From Alphaproteobacteria bacterium (lineage in GTDB: Bacteria > Pseudomonadota > Alphaproteobacteria > MPNO01): a DNA stretch of 64,000 nucleotides. The notes below the pieces were generated by a model. That model saw only the letters and a list, made by a program, of their open reading frames with translations, searched no databases and was not told the origin of the DNA. Below, in pieces: positions 40,736 to 50,461 of this stretch (its first letter is position 1; each line of letters begins with the position of its first letter). The stretch is taken from NCBI GenBank assembly GCA_965248835.1, contig CBDFLJ010000001.1, positions 1,888,001-1,952,000 on the forward strand. The letters run 5' to 3'. The position numbers and the translations under genes are program-made.

Positions 40736-41254
40736 ATGTCCGAGTCGGCTCAGGCCAGTCGAAAGGCTTCGACGAACGAGGCGGTGGACAGCGCAACCGA
40801 GCGCAAAATCGAAAAGATGTTCTACCGCTATGCCAAGTGCCTCGACGATGACCGGCTCGAGGAGTGGCCCGCGTTCTTCATCGAGGCGGGCCGTTATATC
40901 ATTCATCCCCGGGATAATCTCGACGCCGGTCTCGAAGGCTATTGGATCTATTGCGACCACCGCCGGATGATCCGGGATCGGGTCCTTTCGCTGCGTGAGG
41001 CCAACATCTACAATATCCACTACGCTCGTCATCTGATCAGCAACGTGCTGGTGATGGGCTACGACGGGACGGCGTATGACGTTCGCGCCAATTACGTCGT
41101 GTTGCAGACCGATAACGAAGGTGTCACCCATACGTTCAGCACCGGTGAGTATCGGGCTATGGTCGTGTTCGAAAACGACGAGCCCAAGTTCGCCGAAAAC
41201 ATCGTGGTTCCCGATACCTACCTGGTTAAAGCGCTGATCGCGATCCCACTCTGA
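40736..41254 (+). CDS. Ring-hydroxylating oxygenase beta subunit (AndAd/NagH-like)
   Basis: LDDDRLEEWP, DRVLSLREANIY and RHLISN. Confidence 0.88.
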   Translation: MSESAQASRKASTNEAVDSATERKIEKMFYRYAKCLDDDRLEEWPAFFIEAGRYIIHPRDNLDAGLEGYWIYCDHRRMIRDRVLSLREANIYNIHYARHLISNVLVMGYDGTAYDVRANYVVLQTDNEGVTHTFSTGEYRAMVVFENDEPKFAENIVVPDTYLVKALIAIPL

Positions 41255-41439
41255 TCGCACCTCGATCCGAACCCGCTCGCACCGGCTTTCCAAGGTCGTA
41301 AAGCTAAGGAAAGCGACCAATGGAGGGCGGACCATGGCGGAGGAGATCGCTGCGAAGCTGCGCCAGGTTGGGGGCTGAGGTGGCCCGGCGGGTGATAGAG
41401 CGGCACGAAGGCTTCGCGCGCACGTAATCCTTCACGATG

Positions 41440-43103
41440 CAGACCGTGTGAAAACTCGGGCGGGGGCGGGGATGGAGGTTTAGGTAACCATGATTTGCGG
41501 CGATCCCACGTAATCTGGCGGTTTGGCGCCGGTAGCCCTGTGGAAGGGGCTCCAGGCCTCCATGGATCGATGTGCGGCGCTCGATTTTGGCCTGATTCCT
41601 GTCTCATGCCCTCGCGGCGGCGATCAAGGCGGGAACACCTACCAGAGAGATCGCGCGGCGGATGTTGTAAGCCAGCGCCGTGATGCTGAACTCGCCGCGC
41701 ACGTTCTCCAGCCGCCGGGTCAGGAAGGCACCCTGGCCCATCCATTGTTTGATTGAGCCGAAGGGATGCTCGACGCTTTCACGGCGCGCATCGAGCAGCT
41801 CCGGGCGGGCCGCCAATCGTTCTGCCATGCGCTCCAGGATCGCTTCGTCGACATAGCGCAGGACCCGACGGAAGGCGCTTTTCGTACACTTCGACTTGAG
41901 TTGGCACTCCTTGCACGCGGCGCGATTGGCGTAACTGGCGAAGATGAGATCGCGGCGCTTGCGCTTGCTGTGTAGCGCCAGGCGTTGGCCGTCGGGGCAG
42001 ATGTAAATGTCCTCGCCGCCGTCATAGCGGAAGCGTTCCTTGGGAAAGAGCCCCTGGCTCACCGTGGATCCGCGCTGGGGCTTGGGCACATGCGGCACGA
42101 CGCCGGCATTCTCGCAGGCCTCGATATCCTCGATCTTGAAGTAGCCCGCGTCGGCGACCGCGTCGATCCGATCGACGGCCAGGTTCCGACGGGCCACCAC
42201 CGCCGTCTCGGCCAATAGACCGAGATCGCTGACCTTGTTATGGACCTGCTGCTCGGCGATCAGTTTGTGCTTGGCGTCCACGGCGATCTGAATGTTGTAG
42301 CCGACACCGACCCGGGTCTCGGCGTACATCGCCCGGCTGTCCGGATCCGTCAAAGAGAGCTGGCCCTCGCCACTCGCAGCCAGTGCGTCTCGATGTTCCT
42401 CAAACCGCTCACGCCGCCCTTGGATCGCAGCGATCTTCTCCTGGATATTCTCCACCTCGCCGCCGCCGGCGCCGCCCTCGTCTTGCCCGTCGGCCTCGTC
42501 GAGCCGGTCGAGATAACGCGACAACCTCTCGTCGCTCTCGGCCAACGCCTTCTCCAGCTTCGCTTTGGTGAAGTTCCGCTTCCGGCTGTTCACTGCCTTG
42601 ATCCGTGTACCGTCAACCGCCACCAGCTCGCGACCGAACAGCTCCAGTTCGCGGCATAGCCTCACGAACTCCCGAAACACCTGTCGGAAGGCCGCCCGAT
42701 TGATCCTCCGGAAATCGGCGATCGTCTTGAAGTCCGGCGACAAACGCCGCAACAGCCAGATCACTTCGAGATTACGCTTGCTCTCAGCCTCCAGCCGGCG
42801 GCTCGAACGTACCCGATTGAGATAGCCGTATATGTAGAGCTTCAGCAGGTCCGCCGGATCGTAGCCGGGACGACCTGTCGCCTTCGGCGCGGCGCGCTCG
42901 AAACCAGCGGCCGCCAGGTCCAAACCATCCACGAAGGCATCGATGAAACGGACCGGGTTATCCCGGCCCACGTAATCGTCCACTGCTTCCGGCAGAAGCA
43001 GAACCTGAGAGCGGTCAATGCCAGGAATGTGTCTCATGGCGGACCCTAACATCGCCATGAGACACACGGAATCCCCCGCCACCCAGAGTTTTCACACGGT
43101 CTG
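41440..43103 (-). mobile_element. Intact IS1182 family element inserted into an IS21 istA remnant
   Basis: Perfect 18-bp IR CAGACCGTGTGAAAACTC; GATG target duplication at 41436-41439 and 43104-43107. Confidence 0.93.
41604..43037 (-). CDS. IS1182 transposase
   Basis: GRPGYDP, PDFKTIADFR, VDGT, TDPDSR, ADAGY and VEHPFG. Confidence 0.93.
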   Translation of the reverse strand: MRHIPGIDRSQVLLLPEAVDDYVGRDNPVRFIDAFVDGLDLAAAGFERAAPKATGRPGYDPADLLKLYIYGYLNRVRSSRRLEAESKRNLEVIWLLRRLSPDFKTIADFRRINRAAFRQVFREFVRLCRELELFGRELVAVDGTRIKAVNSRKRNFTKAKLEKALAESDERLSRYLDRLDEADGQDEGGAGGGEVENIQEKIAAIQGRRERFEEHRDALAASGEGQLSLTDPDSRAMYAETRVGVGYNIQIAVDAKHKLIAEQQVHNKVSDLGLLAETAVVARRNLAVDRIDAVADAGYFKIEDIEACENAGVVPHVPKPQRGSTVSQGLFPKERFRYDGGEDIYICPDGQRLALHSKRKRRDLIFASYANRAACKECQLKSKCTKSAFRRVLRYVDEAILERMAERLAARPELLDARRESVEHPFGSIKQWMGQGAFLTRRLENVRGEFSITALAYNIRRAISLVGVPALIAAARA

Positions 43104-43360
43104 GATGGTGTAGCCGCCGGCAAACCCGTACTCGTCCCGCAGCCGCTCGAAGATCCGCTGCGCCTTCTGCCGCTGCTTGCACGGCTCATCCCGGTCCGCC
43201 TCAAGGATCGCGTCGATGATGCCGGCGAAGCCGTCCAGCTTCGATCGCCGCACCGGCGTCGTCCGGTGGTAGCCCGGCGGCGCCGAATAGCTCGGCATTT
43301 CTTCACCGTTCGGCGGTCGATGCCGAACCGCCGCGCCGCCTCGCGATGGCTTGACCGATC
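43104..43360 (-). mobile_element. IS21 IstA N-terminal remnant (continues at about 41385-41439)
   Basis: REAARRFGIDRRTVKK, PPGY and RIFERLRDEYGFAGGYTI|VKDYVR..FVPLYHPPGH. Confidence 0.8.
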
Positions 43361-43364
43361 AGGC

Positions 43365-43708
43365 AGCGAGTTGAGGCAGGATGACCTCCGGAGCGGGCGC
43401 CCGGTATCGGGGCGATGCATAGGGTCTGACGGCGTTGTAGTGTCGCCGCCAGCTCTCGATGATGACCCGTGCCTCCTCGAAGGTATGGAAGATCTCGCCG
43501 CCGAGCAGTTCGTCGCGCAGCCGCGCGTTGAAGCTCTCGATGTAACCGTTCTCCTACGGGTTGCCGGCCGTGATATAGGCAGTCCTGGCGCCGAGCGCGG
43601 CGATCCACGCTGGCACGGCCTTGGCGATGAACTCGGGGCCGTTGTCGGAGCGTATATATCCCGGCACGCCGCGCAGGATGAACAGATCGGCCAGCACGTC
43701 GATCACGG
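43365..43708 (-). mobile_element. IS3 family integrase-core fragment with an internal stop
   Basis: IRSDNGPEFIA, NP*ENGYIESFNARLRDELL and WRRHYN. Confidence 0.82.
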
Positions 43709-44178
43709 CTCCCGCGCCGGGCGCGAAGCGGGGCTACGATGCGGCCAAGAAGATGGTTGGCCGCAAGCGGCACGTGGTGGTGGACACCGACGGCCGCCTG
43801 CTGATGATCAACCTCACCCCGGCCGATATCTCCGACAGCGCCAGCGCCCAGATGATCCTGGAGGGCATCCGCAAGCGCTGGCCGTGGGTCAAGCACTTGT
43901 TCGCCGACGGCGCCTGCGATCGGACCCAGCTCATGGACAAGGCCGCCTTCCTCGACTTCGTCATCGAGGTGGTTCGCCGCATCGACGACGAACCGGGCTT
44001 CAAGGTCTTGCCCCGGCGCTGGGTCGTCGAACGCACCTTCGGTTGGCTCACCCGTTGGTGCCGCCTGGTGCGCGACTACGAACAACGCCTCGACGTCTCC
44101 GAGGCCATGATCCACCTCGCCATGGCAAGCCTGATACTGCGCCGGATCAGCCATTGAGGGAATTCGCAAACGGACTCT
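43706..44178 (+). mobile_element. IS5 family (IS1031-group) 3' fragment
   Basis: GYDAAKK..GRKRH, ADGA.D and RRWVVERTFGW; IR-like TTCGCAAACGGACTC. Confidence 0.85.
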
Positions 44179-44337
44179 GAAGAGCCGAAGGGGACGTGTC
44201 TATGGCTGGCAAATTTCTTCCGAGCGGTGTGTGCGCTGCATCGCCATCCGTGGCAGAGGCACCGTTGAGGATGTCCTGATGGAAGGAGGGCAGTGTCCAG
44301 GGCACGAGATCGCGCTCTACCCTCAGCCCGCGCGGCC

Positions 44338-44487
44338 GCGGGGCGGGTGGTGGTCGAGAACGGTGGGATCGTCGCCTTCGATGCCGAGTCCATCATTGAG
44401 GAGGGGAGGCCGATGATGTCGGAGATCCTCAAGCAGAATCGGCGGCTTCATCTGCTCGCCGGTCGTATGGCCGAGCTGTTGACCTGA
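44338..44487 (+). pseudogene. Amidohydrolase C-terminal remnant, paralogous to 1-1128
   Basis: GRVVVENGGIVAFDAESIIEEGRPMM...LHLLAGRMAELL aligns with the C-terminus of the first gene. Confidence 0.7.
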
Positions 44488-44610
44488 CATTGGTCGACCG
44501 GTTCTCGAAAATCTGCCACAATTGTGTACCGCGAAATCCGTGTTCTCTGTGTTACGTGTTTCCCAATCTCCAAAGCGTTTGACCGAAAAACGGCAAAAAA
44601 GGAGCGCACC

Positions 44611-45672
44611 ATGCGCAAAACATTGATCCTTCTGACTGCCGCAATTTCCTTGGCAGTCGCTGGCGAGGCGGCGGCTCAGGCCAAGTTCAAGTTCAAGATG
44701 ACCAGCTTCGTGCCCGAAGGGACTGTCACTTGGAAGCTGTTTCCTGAAGCCTTCACCGAGAAGGTCAAGCTCGCCACTGACGGTGCGGTCGAAATCAAGC
44801 CCTACGGCGCTTTTGTGCTTGCGAGCATCTTCGAAGCGCACAGAGCGGTCAAGGACCGACGCGCCGACATGGCCTACCACTACCCGGCTTTCGAGATAAA
44901 CGAGCACCCAGCCTCCGCATTCATAAGCGACATTCCCGGCGGTATGGGACCTCACGCCAAGCTTCTGTGGGTGCTGGCCGGTGGTGGCGAGCAACTGTGG
45001 ACCGAGTACCGCGATAGCCTCGGCTATCACGGCATGTTCTGCGGCATTATCGGATCGGAGCTGTTCGCTAATTCGCACAAAAAGGTTCAGTCGCTCGCCG
45101 ACCTCAAGGGCTTCCGCTATCGTACCGCCGGCGCAAACACAGTCGTCATGCGCAATCTTGGCGCCGCGCCGACCCTGGTTCCAGGTCCGGAGGTCTTCAC
45201 CATGCTCGAGCGCAAAGCCGTCGACGGTGCCGAGTATCTCGATCCCTACGGCAACTTCTCGCTGGGTTTTCAGAAGATCGCCAAGTATGTGATCTACCCG
45301 GGGATTCACGCTCCGGGCGGTCTTTACGAAATCCTGATGCGCAAGGAGAGCTGGGACGCCCTGCCGCGCGATATCCAGGCCAAAATGCAAATGGTCTGCG
45401 ACTCCGTGCTGGTCCGCGCCTATGCGACGCTCAACGTCAACAACGCCAAGGCGATGAAAGAGATGGGCGCGTCGAGCAAGAACGAGCTTGTCGAGCTCTC
45501 GCCCGAGCTGATCGATGCGATCCGCAGGGCCGGGCGCGAATGGGCCGAAGACAAGATCAAAGAACAAAACGCCAAGGGGAATCCGTGGATGGAGAAGTTC
45601 GCCAAGAGCTTCTATGCCTTTCAGGAGTCCTGGTCCAAGAACTCGAAGTACCTCGTCACTGACCGGCGCTGA
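44611..45672 (+). CDS. dctP: TRAP DctP substrate-binding protein
   Basis: Signal peptide, DLKGFRYRTAG, LERKAVDGAE and PGIH. Confidence 0.88.
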   Translation: MRKTLILLTAAISLAVAGEAAAQAKFKFKMTSFVPEGTVTWKLFPEAFTEKVKLATDGAVEIKPYGAFVLASIFEAHRAVKDRRADMAYHYPAFEINEHPASAFISDIPGGMGPHAKLLWVLAGGGEQLWTEYRDSLGYHGMFCGIIGSELFANSHKKVQSLADLKGFRYRTAGANTVVMRNLGAAPTLVPGPEVFTMLERKAVDGAEYLDPYGNFSLGFQKIAKYVIYPGIHAPGGLYEILMRKESWDALPRDIQAKMQMVCDSVLVRAYATLNVNNAKAMKEMGASSKNELVELSPELIDAIRRAGREWAEDKIKEQNAKGNPWMEKFAKSFYAFQESWSKNSKYLVTDRR

Positions 45673-45688
45673 CGGTCGAGTCACCGAG

Positions 45689-45718
45689 GGGCGGGTGAAA
45701 CGCTGTCCTCACCCGCCC
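45689..45718 (+). terminator. 10-bp stem hairpin between dctP and dctQ
   Basis: GGGCGGGTGA-N10-TCACCCGCCC; no U-tract. Confidence 0.45.
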
Positions 45719-45729
45719 GGGTGCGATCG

Positions 45730-46263
45730 ATGCGGGCGCTGTTGCTGATAATCAGGTGGACCGATTCCCTGGTGCGGGTTGTCGGTTACGCCGGGTATTT
45801 GCTGTTCCCGGCGCTGATCCTTGTGGCCCTCTATGAGGTGGTTGCACGCTACGCCTTCAACGCTCCAACCATTTGGGCGTTCGACATCACCTTCATGGTC
45901 CACGGCGCGCTGTTCATGCTGACCGGGGCTTACGGGCTGCAGAAGGACGTCCATGTGCGCATCGACGTCTTGTCGAGCCGCCTACCGAAGCCGGTGCAGC
46001 ACGCCGCCAACATCCTTTCTTATCTAATCTTGTTCATCCCGGCGATCTGGCTAATCAGCGATGCCGCGATCCGGCGCAGCTATTCGGCGCTCGTCACGAG
46101 GGAGGTCGAGCTGGTGAGTGCATGGGCACCGATCGTCTGGCCATTCTATGTCGCGCTCGCGATCGGTCTCGTCGCGCTATGGCTGCAGTCCTGCGCTGAG
46201 ACCTTGCGGCACGGGATCGGTATCGTGGGGGCACGCCGCGATTCTCCGAGCGCGGACGAATAG
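45730..46263 (+). CDS. dctQ: TRAP DctQ small permease
   Basis: YEVVARYAFNAPTIWA and HVRID. Confidence 0.9.
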   Translation: MRALLLIIRWTDSLVRVVGYAGYLLFPALILVALYEVVARYAFNAPTIWAFDITFMVHGALFMLTGAYGLQKDVHVRIDVLSSRLPKPVQHAANILSYLILFIPAIWLISDAAIRRSYSALVTREVELVSAWAPIVWPFYVALAIGLVALWLQSCAETLRHGIGIVGARRDSPSADE

Positions 46264-46290
46264 GCGGCCGGCAGGCCAGGTGGCACGGTC

Positions 46291-47610
46291 ATGATCGATA
46301 TTCCTGCAATCTGGATGTTTCCGGCGCTTTTCCTTCTCGTGTTTATGGGCATACCCGTGGCGTTCAGCATGATCGGGCTGTCCTTCGCCTTCGGATATTG
46401 GTTTTTTGGTGACACGCTCGGGCCGCAGATGTTCAGCCGGCTAAAGGACGTCTCGTCAAACTACGTGCTGACGGCGCTGCCGCTTTTCGTCTTCATGGGC
46501 AGCGCCCTGGAACGCTCGGGCATCGCCGAGAGGTTGTTCCAGGCAATCCAGTTGTGGATCGGCAAGCTGCGCGGCGGCCTGGCACTGACATCGATCTCGA
46601 TGTGCGGCATTTTTGCCGCGTGCTCAGGCGTCGTCGGCGCGGTCGAGACGGTGGTCGGAATGATGGCCATCCCGCCGATGATGAAGCAGCGTTACAAGCA
46701 CGATCTCATCGCAGGAACGATCTGCGCCGGAGGATCGCTCGGCACCATTATCCCGCCGACTGTCGTGGTAGTCGTCTACGGATCGATCGTAGAAGAGTCG
46801 ATTGGTGACTTGTTCGCAGGTGTCGTCATTCCGGGCTTGTTGATGACGCTTCTGTTTATCGCCTATATCGCTCTGCGCTGTTATCTCAAGCCCGAAGATG
46901 GGCCGGCACTCGAGGCCAACGACCTGCGCGCCCCGACGCTGGAGAAGTTGCGCGTTACCCTCATCGCGCTCGTGCCAGCAATCGCGTTGATCGTCGCTGT
47001 TCTTGGATCGATTCTCGCTGGCATCGCCTCGCCAACCGAAGCAGCCGCTGTTGGCGCGTTCGGTGCTGTGGTGCTGATCATCGCTTACGGGCGAATGTCT
47101 TGGAATGTCGCCTTGGCGGTCCTTGACCGTGCTATTCGCGTCAACGTCATGGTGATGTTCACCGTGCTCGGAGGCGTGATGTTTTCCGCGATCTTCATGG
47201 TCAACGGTGGCAACGACCTGATCCGTGTCTTCCTCGACACTTTCAAGCCCACCACTGCCGAGCTCACACTGCTTATGCTCGCCATCTTCTTTGTCCTTGG
47301 CTTCATCCTCGACTGGGTGTCGATCGTCCTAATTTGCATGCCGATCTTCACCCCTTTGATTAGAAATGCGGGCATAGATCCCATATGGTTCGGCATAATG
47401 GTGTGCGTTGTGATCCAGACGTCGTACCTTACGCCCCCGGTAGCTCCTTCGATCTATTACCTTCGGGCGATTGCACCTCCGGAGATAACTTATGGCTCGA
47501 TGTTTCGCGGGGTGATTCCGTTCGTGGTCTGCCAGCTGATCGTGCTTACGATTGTCGCCTTCTATCCGCCGACTGCGCTGTACCTCCCAGCGCTGCTGTT
47601 CGGCCAGTAG
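46291..47610 (+). CDS. dctM: TRAP DctM large permease
   Basis: ALPLFVFMG, GSLGTIIPP, SPTEA and YLTPP. Confidence 0.92.
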   Translation: MIDIPAIWMFPALFLLVFMGIPVAFSMIGLSFAFGYWFFGDTLGPQMFSRLKDVSSNYVLTALPLFVFMGSALERSGIAERLFQAIQLWIGKLRGGLALTSISMCGIFAACSGVVGAVETVVGMMAIPPMMKQRYKHDLIAGTICAGGSLGTIIPPTVVVVVYGSIVEESIGDLFAGVVIPGLLMTLLFIAYIALRCYLKPEDGPALEANDLRAPTLEKLRVTLIALVPAIALIVAVLGSILAGIASPTEAAAVGAFGAVVLIIAYGRMSWNVALAVLDRAIRVNVMVMFTVLGGVMFSAIFMVNGGNDLIRVFLDTFKPTTAELTLLMLAIFFVLGFILDWVSIVLICMPIFTPLIRNAGIDPIWFGIMVCVVIQTSYLTPPVAPSIYYLRAIAPPEITYGSMFRGVIPFVVCQLIVLTIVAFYPPTALYLPALLFGQ

Positions 47611-47727
47611 CAACGAAAGTTAATCGGCGCTCCATGTATATTCCTCTAGCCGTCACTCATGGAATTCTTGCCATGGTGGACCTCCAGGAAAGCTCGGATG
47701 ATACTGTAAGCAAGCGCGGGGGAGAGG

Positions 47728-49179
47728 ATGAGCGACATAGCGTTTCAATCGGCCAAGCGGCTGGCCGGCCACATCCGCCGCCGAAAGATCGGTTGCCTGG
47801 AACTCTTGGACCACTATCTCGGGCGGGTCGAGCGCTTCAACCCGGTGCTCAACGCGATCGTCGAGACCTGTATCCCAGCCGCCCGGGAGCGGGCGCGCGC
47901 CGCTGACGCGGCACTCGCCAAGGGCGAGGTCTGGGGGCCGCTCCACGGCGTGCCCATGACGGTCAAGGATTCCTTCGACATCAAGGGTCTGCCGACGACC
48001 TGGGGCGTGCCGGCGCAGGCCGAAAACATCGCTCGGGCCGATGCCCTCTCGGTCGCTCGTTGGCGGGCAGCAGGGGTGGTGATCTTCGGCAAGACGAACG
48101 TGCCGATCTGGCTCGCCGATGCGCAGGCCTTCAACGCCATCTATGGCAGGACGTGCAGCCCGTGGGACCCCGACCGCACGCCTGGCGGTTCTTCCGGCGG
48201 TGCCTCGGCCGCGCTCGCCGCCGGCATGACCGGTATCGAGATGGGTAGCGACATCGCCGGGTCGATCCGCAACCCGGCGAACTACTGCGGCCTCTACGGC
48301 CTCAAACCGACGTTCGGGATCTGCCCCGCCGACGGGCACGCGCTTGCCGGCAACGTGGCGCCGCTCGACATCCTCGCGATCGGCCCTTTGGGGCGGAGCG
48401 CCGAGGATCTGGCGCTCGGGCTCGATGCCATCGCCGGACCCGATGAGATCGACGCGTCCGGATATCGGCTCGCGCTGCCGCGCGCGCCGAGGAAAAGGCT
48501 TAGCGAGTACAGGGTCGCCGTCATTGCGGACCATGCAACCGCGCCGGTCGAGCGCGCGATCTCCGAGCGGATCCGTCACCTGTCGGATTTCCTCGCGCGC
48601 GAAGGGGCCGACGTGAACGAAGGCGCGCGACCCGACATCGAGATGGAGGACATCCATCGCACCTTCGATATCCTGCTGCGCTCAGCCACGTCGGCGAAGC
48701 ATACTGACCTCGAGCGAGAGGCTGCCTTCGCGGATCTGGAGGCGCGGGGCCAGGACGATGACAGCAAATGGGCACGCATGCTGCGCGGCATGACGCTGTC
48801 TCACCGCGACTGGCTCAACCTCAACGAACAACGCCACCGGATGCGGCATAAGTGGCATGCCTTCTTTCGCGAATACGACCTGTTGCTGTGTCCGGTGAAC
48901 TGCACGGTGGCGTTCCCGCACATGACCGAACCGCCTTACGAACGGCAGATGACCATCGAGAACAAAGTCCATCCCTTCATGAACCAGATCTTCTGGACCG
49001 GCTTCACCGGCGTTGCACACCTGCCTTCGGTCGCTGCGCCGATCGGCTTCACGGAAGACGGCCTGCCGGTCGGCGTCCAGATCGTTGGCCCGCAATTCGG
49101 CGACCACACGTGTATCCAATTCGCGCGGATGTTGGAACGTGGCTACCAAGCCTTCGTCCCGCCGCCGGGTTTCGATTGA
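47728..49179 (+). CDS. Amidase signature family enzyme
   Basis: GPLHGVPMTVKD, TPGGSSGG and GSDIAGSIRNPANYCG. Confidence 0.92.
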   Translation: MSDIAFQSAKRLAGHIRRRKIGCLELLDHYLGRVERFNPVLNAIVETCIPAARERARAADAALAKGEVWGPLHGVPMTVKDSFDIKGLPTTWGVPAQAENIARADALSVARWRAAGVVIFGKTNVPIWLADAQAFNAIYGRTCSPWDPDRTPGGSSGGASAALAAGMTGIEMGSDIAGSIRNPANYCGLYGLKPTFGICPADGHALAGNVAPLDILAIGPLGRSAEDLALGLDAIAGPDEIDASGYRLALPRAPRKRLSEYRVAVIADHATAPVERAISERIRHLSDFLAREGADVNEGARPDIEMEDIHRTFDILLRSATSAKHTDLEREAAFADLEARGQDDDSKWARMLRGMTLSHRDWLNLNEQRHRMRHKWHAFFREYDLLLCPVNCTVAFPHMTEPPYERQMTIENKVHPFMNQIFWTGFTGVAHLPSVAAPIGFTEDGLPVGVQIVGPQFGDHTCIQFARMLERGYQAFVPPPGFD

Positions 49180-49288
49180 GGCGCTCGCCAGCGGACCAGA
49201 TCACCAAAGACGGATTGCGGCTGCGCGGTAAATCCTGTCTGACCCAAGTTCAACGTATCCATCCGGTGAGGCTTTCAATTACCTCTGA

Positions 49289-50188
49289 GAGTCCGTTTGA
49301 GAAAGGTCTCAATGGCTGCTTCTGCGGAGCAGGAGGCTCCCATGGCGACATGGATCATGGCTTCGCAGACATCGATGCGTTGTTCGTCGTCGCGAACCAG
49401 GCGGCGCCATCGGGTGAGCCAGCCGAAGCTGCGCTCCACGACCCAACGGCGCGGCACGAGTTTGAAGCCCGGCTCGTCGTCGAGGCGGCGCACGACCTCG
49501 ATGACGAAGTCGAGGAAGGCCGCCTTGTCCATCAGTTGGGTGCGGTCATAGGCGCCATCGGCGAACAGATGCTTGACCCGGGGCCAGCGCTTGCGGATGC
49601 CCTCCAGGATCAGTTGCGCCCCGGCGCTGTCGGAGATGTCCGCCGGCGTCAAGTTGACCATCAGCAGGCGGATATCGGTATCCACCGCCACGTGCCGCTT
49701 GCGTCCGACCGTCTTCTTGGCCGCGTCGTAGCCCCGCTTCGCCTTGGCCGCCTGCGCCTTGACCGTCTGGCTGTCGATGACCCCGGCGCTCGGGCCGGCC
49801 TTGCGGCCGGCGCGCTCCCGGTCGACCATCAGGGCGATGTCATGGATGGTGCGAAACAGCATCAGCCGCACGAAGCGGCGGAACCACCAATACACCGTCT
49901 GCCAGGGTGGGAAGTCCTTCGGCAGCATGCGCCAGCCGCCGCCCGTGCGCGTCATGTAGCGGATCGCGTTCGGCACCTCGCGCAGGTCCACGCTCGGCTT
50001 GCGGCCCCGCTGCGCCGGCTTCGTCAGCAGCGGCGCGATCCGCGCCCACTCCTCATCGGTGAGACCGCTCGGATAGCGCTTGGTCTTCCGCGCGACCGCG
50101 GCCATGCGGCCTCGCGTCTGCCGTGTCCACATGCACGGGGTGAATCACCAAACCGCACCGATCGGAACCCCCTTTCTCAAACGGTCTC
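49289..50188 (-). mobile_element. IS5 family (IS1031-group) element; transposase from 50132 with a C-terminal frameshift
   Basis: IRs GAGTCCGTTTGAGAAAG and CTTTCTCAAACGGTCTC; flanks TGA and TAA; WRMLPKDFPPW, IDSQTVK and RRWVVERSFGW. Confidence 0.88.
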
Positions 50189-50191
50189 TAA

Positions 50192-50460
50192 GATTGGCTC
50201 CAAGATTTATGTCGGTTAGGCGCGGCATGCCACGCGACATGATGAGATTTCCGGGCTGGGGATCGTTGGCGCGGGCGAGATAGCCGCCGAGCCTGGCGAT
50301 CTTGATGAGGTAGAGCGAGAGTGTCTTGGGGAGTGGCGGATCATGCTCATTCCCCGACACCGAGTGATCGAGGATCTTCGTCTCCATTTGGGTCAGCACA
50401 AGGCTGGGGTCGAGATCGGGCTCGACCCGATTAAGCATCGTCAACCAGAACACGCGGCAG
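50192..50460 (-). mobile_element. IS4 family (Tn5/IS50-like) transposase C-terminal fragment
   Basis: IKIARLGGYLARANDPQPG. Confidence 0.8.
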
Positions 50461-50461
50461 C

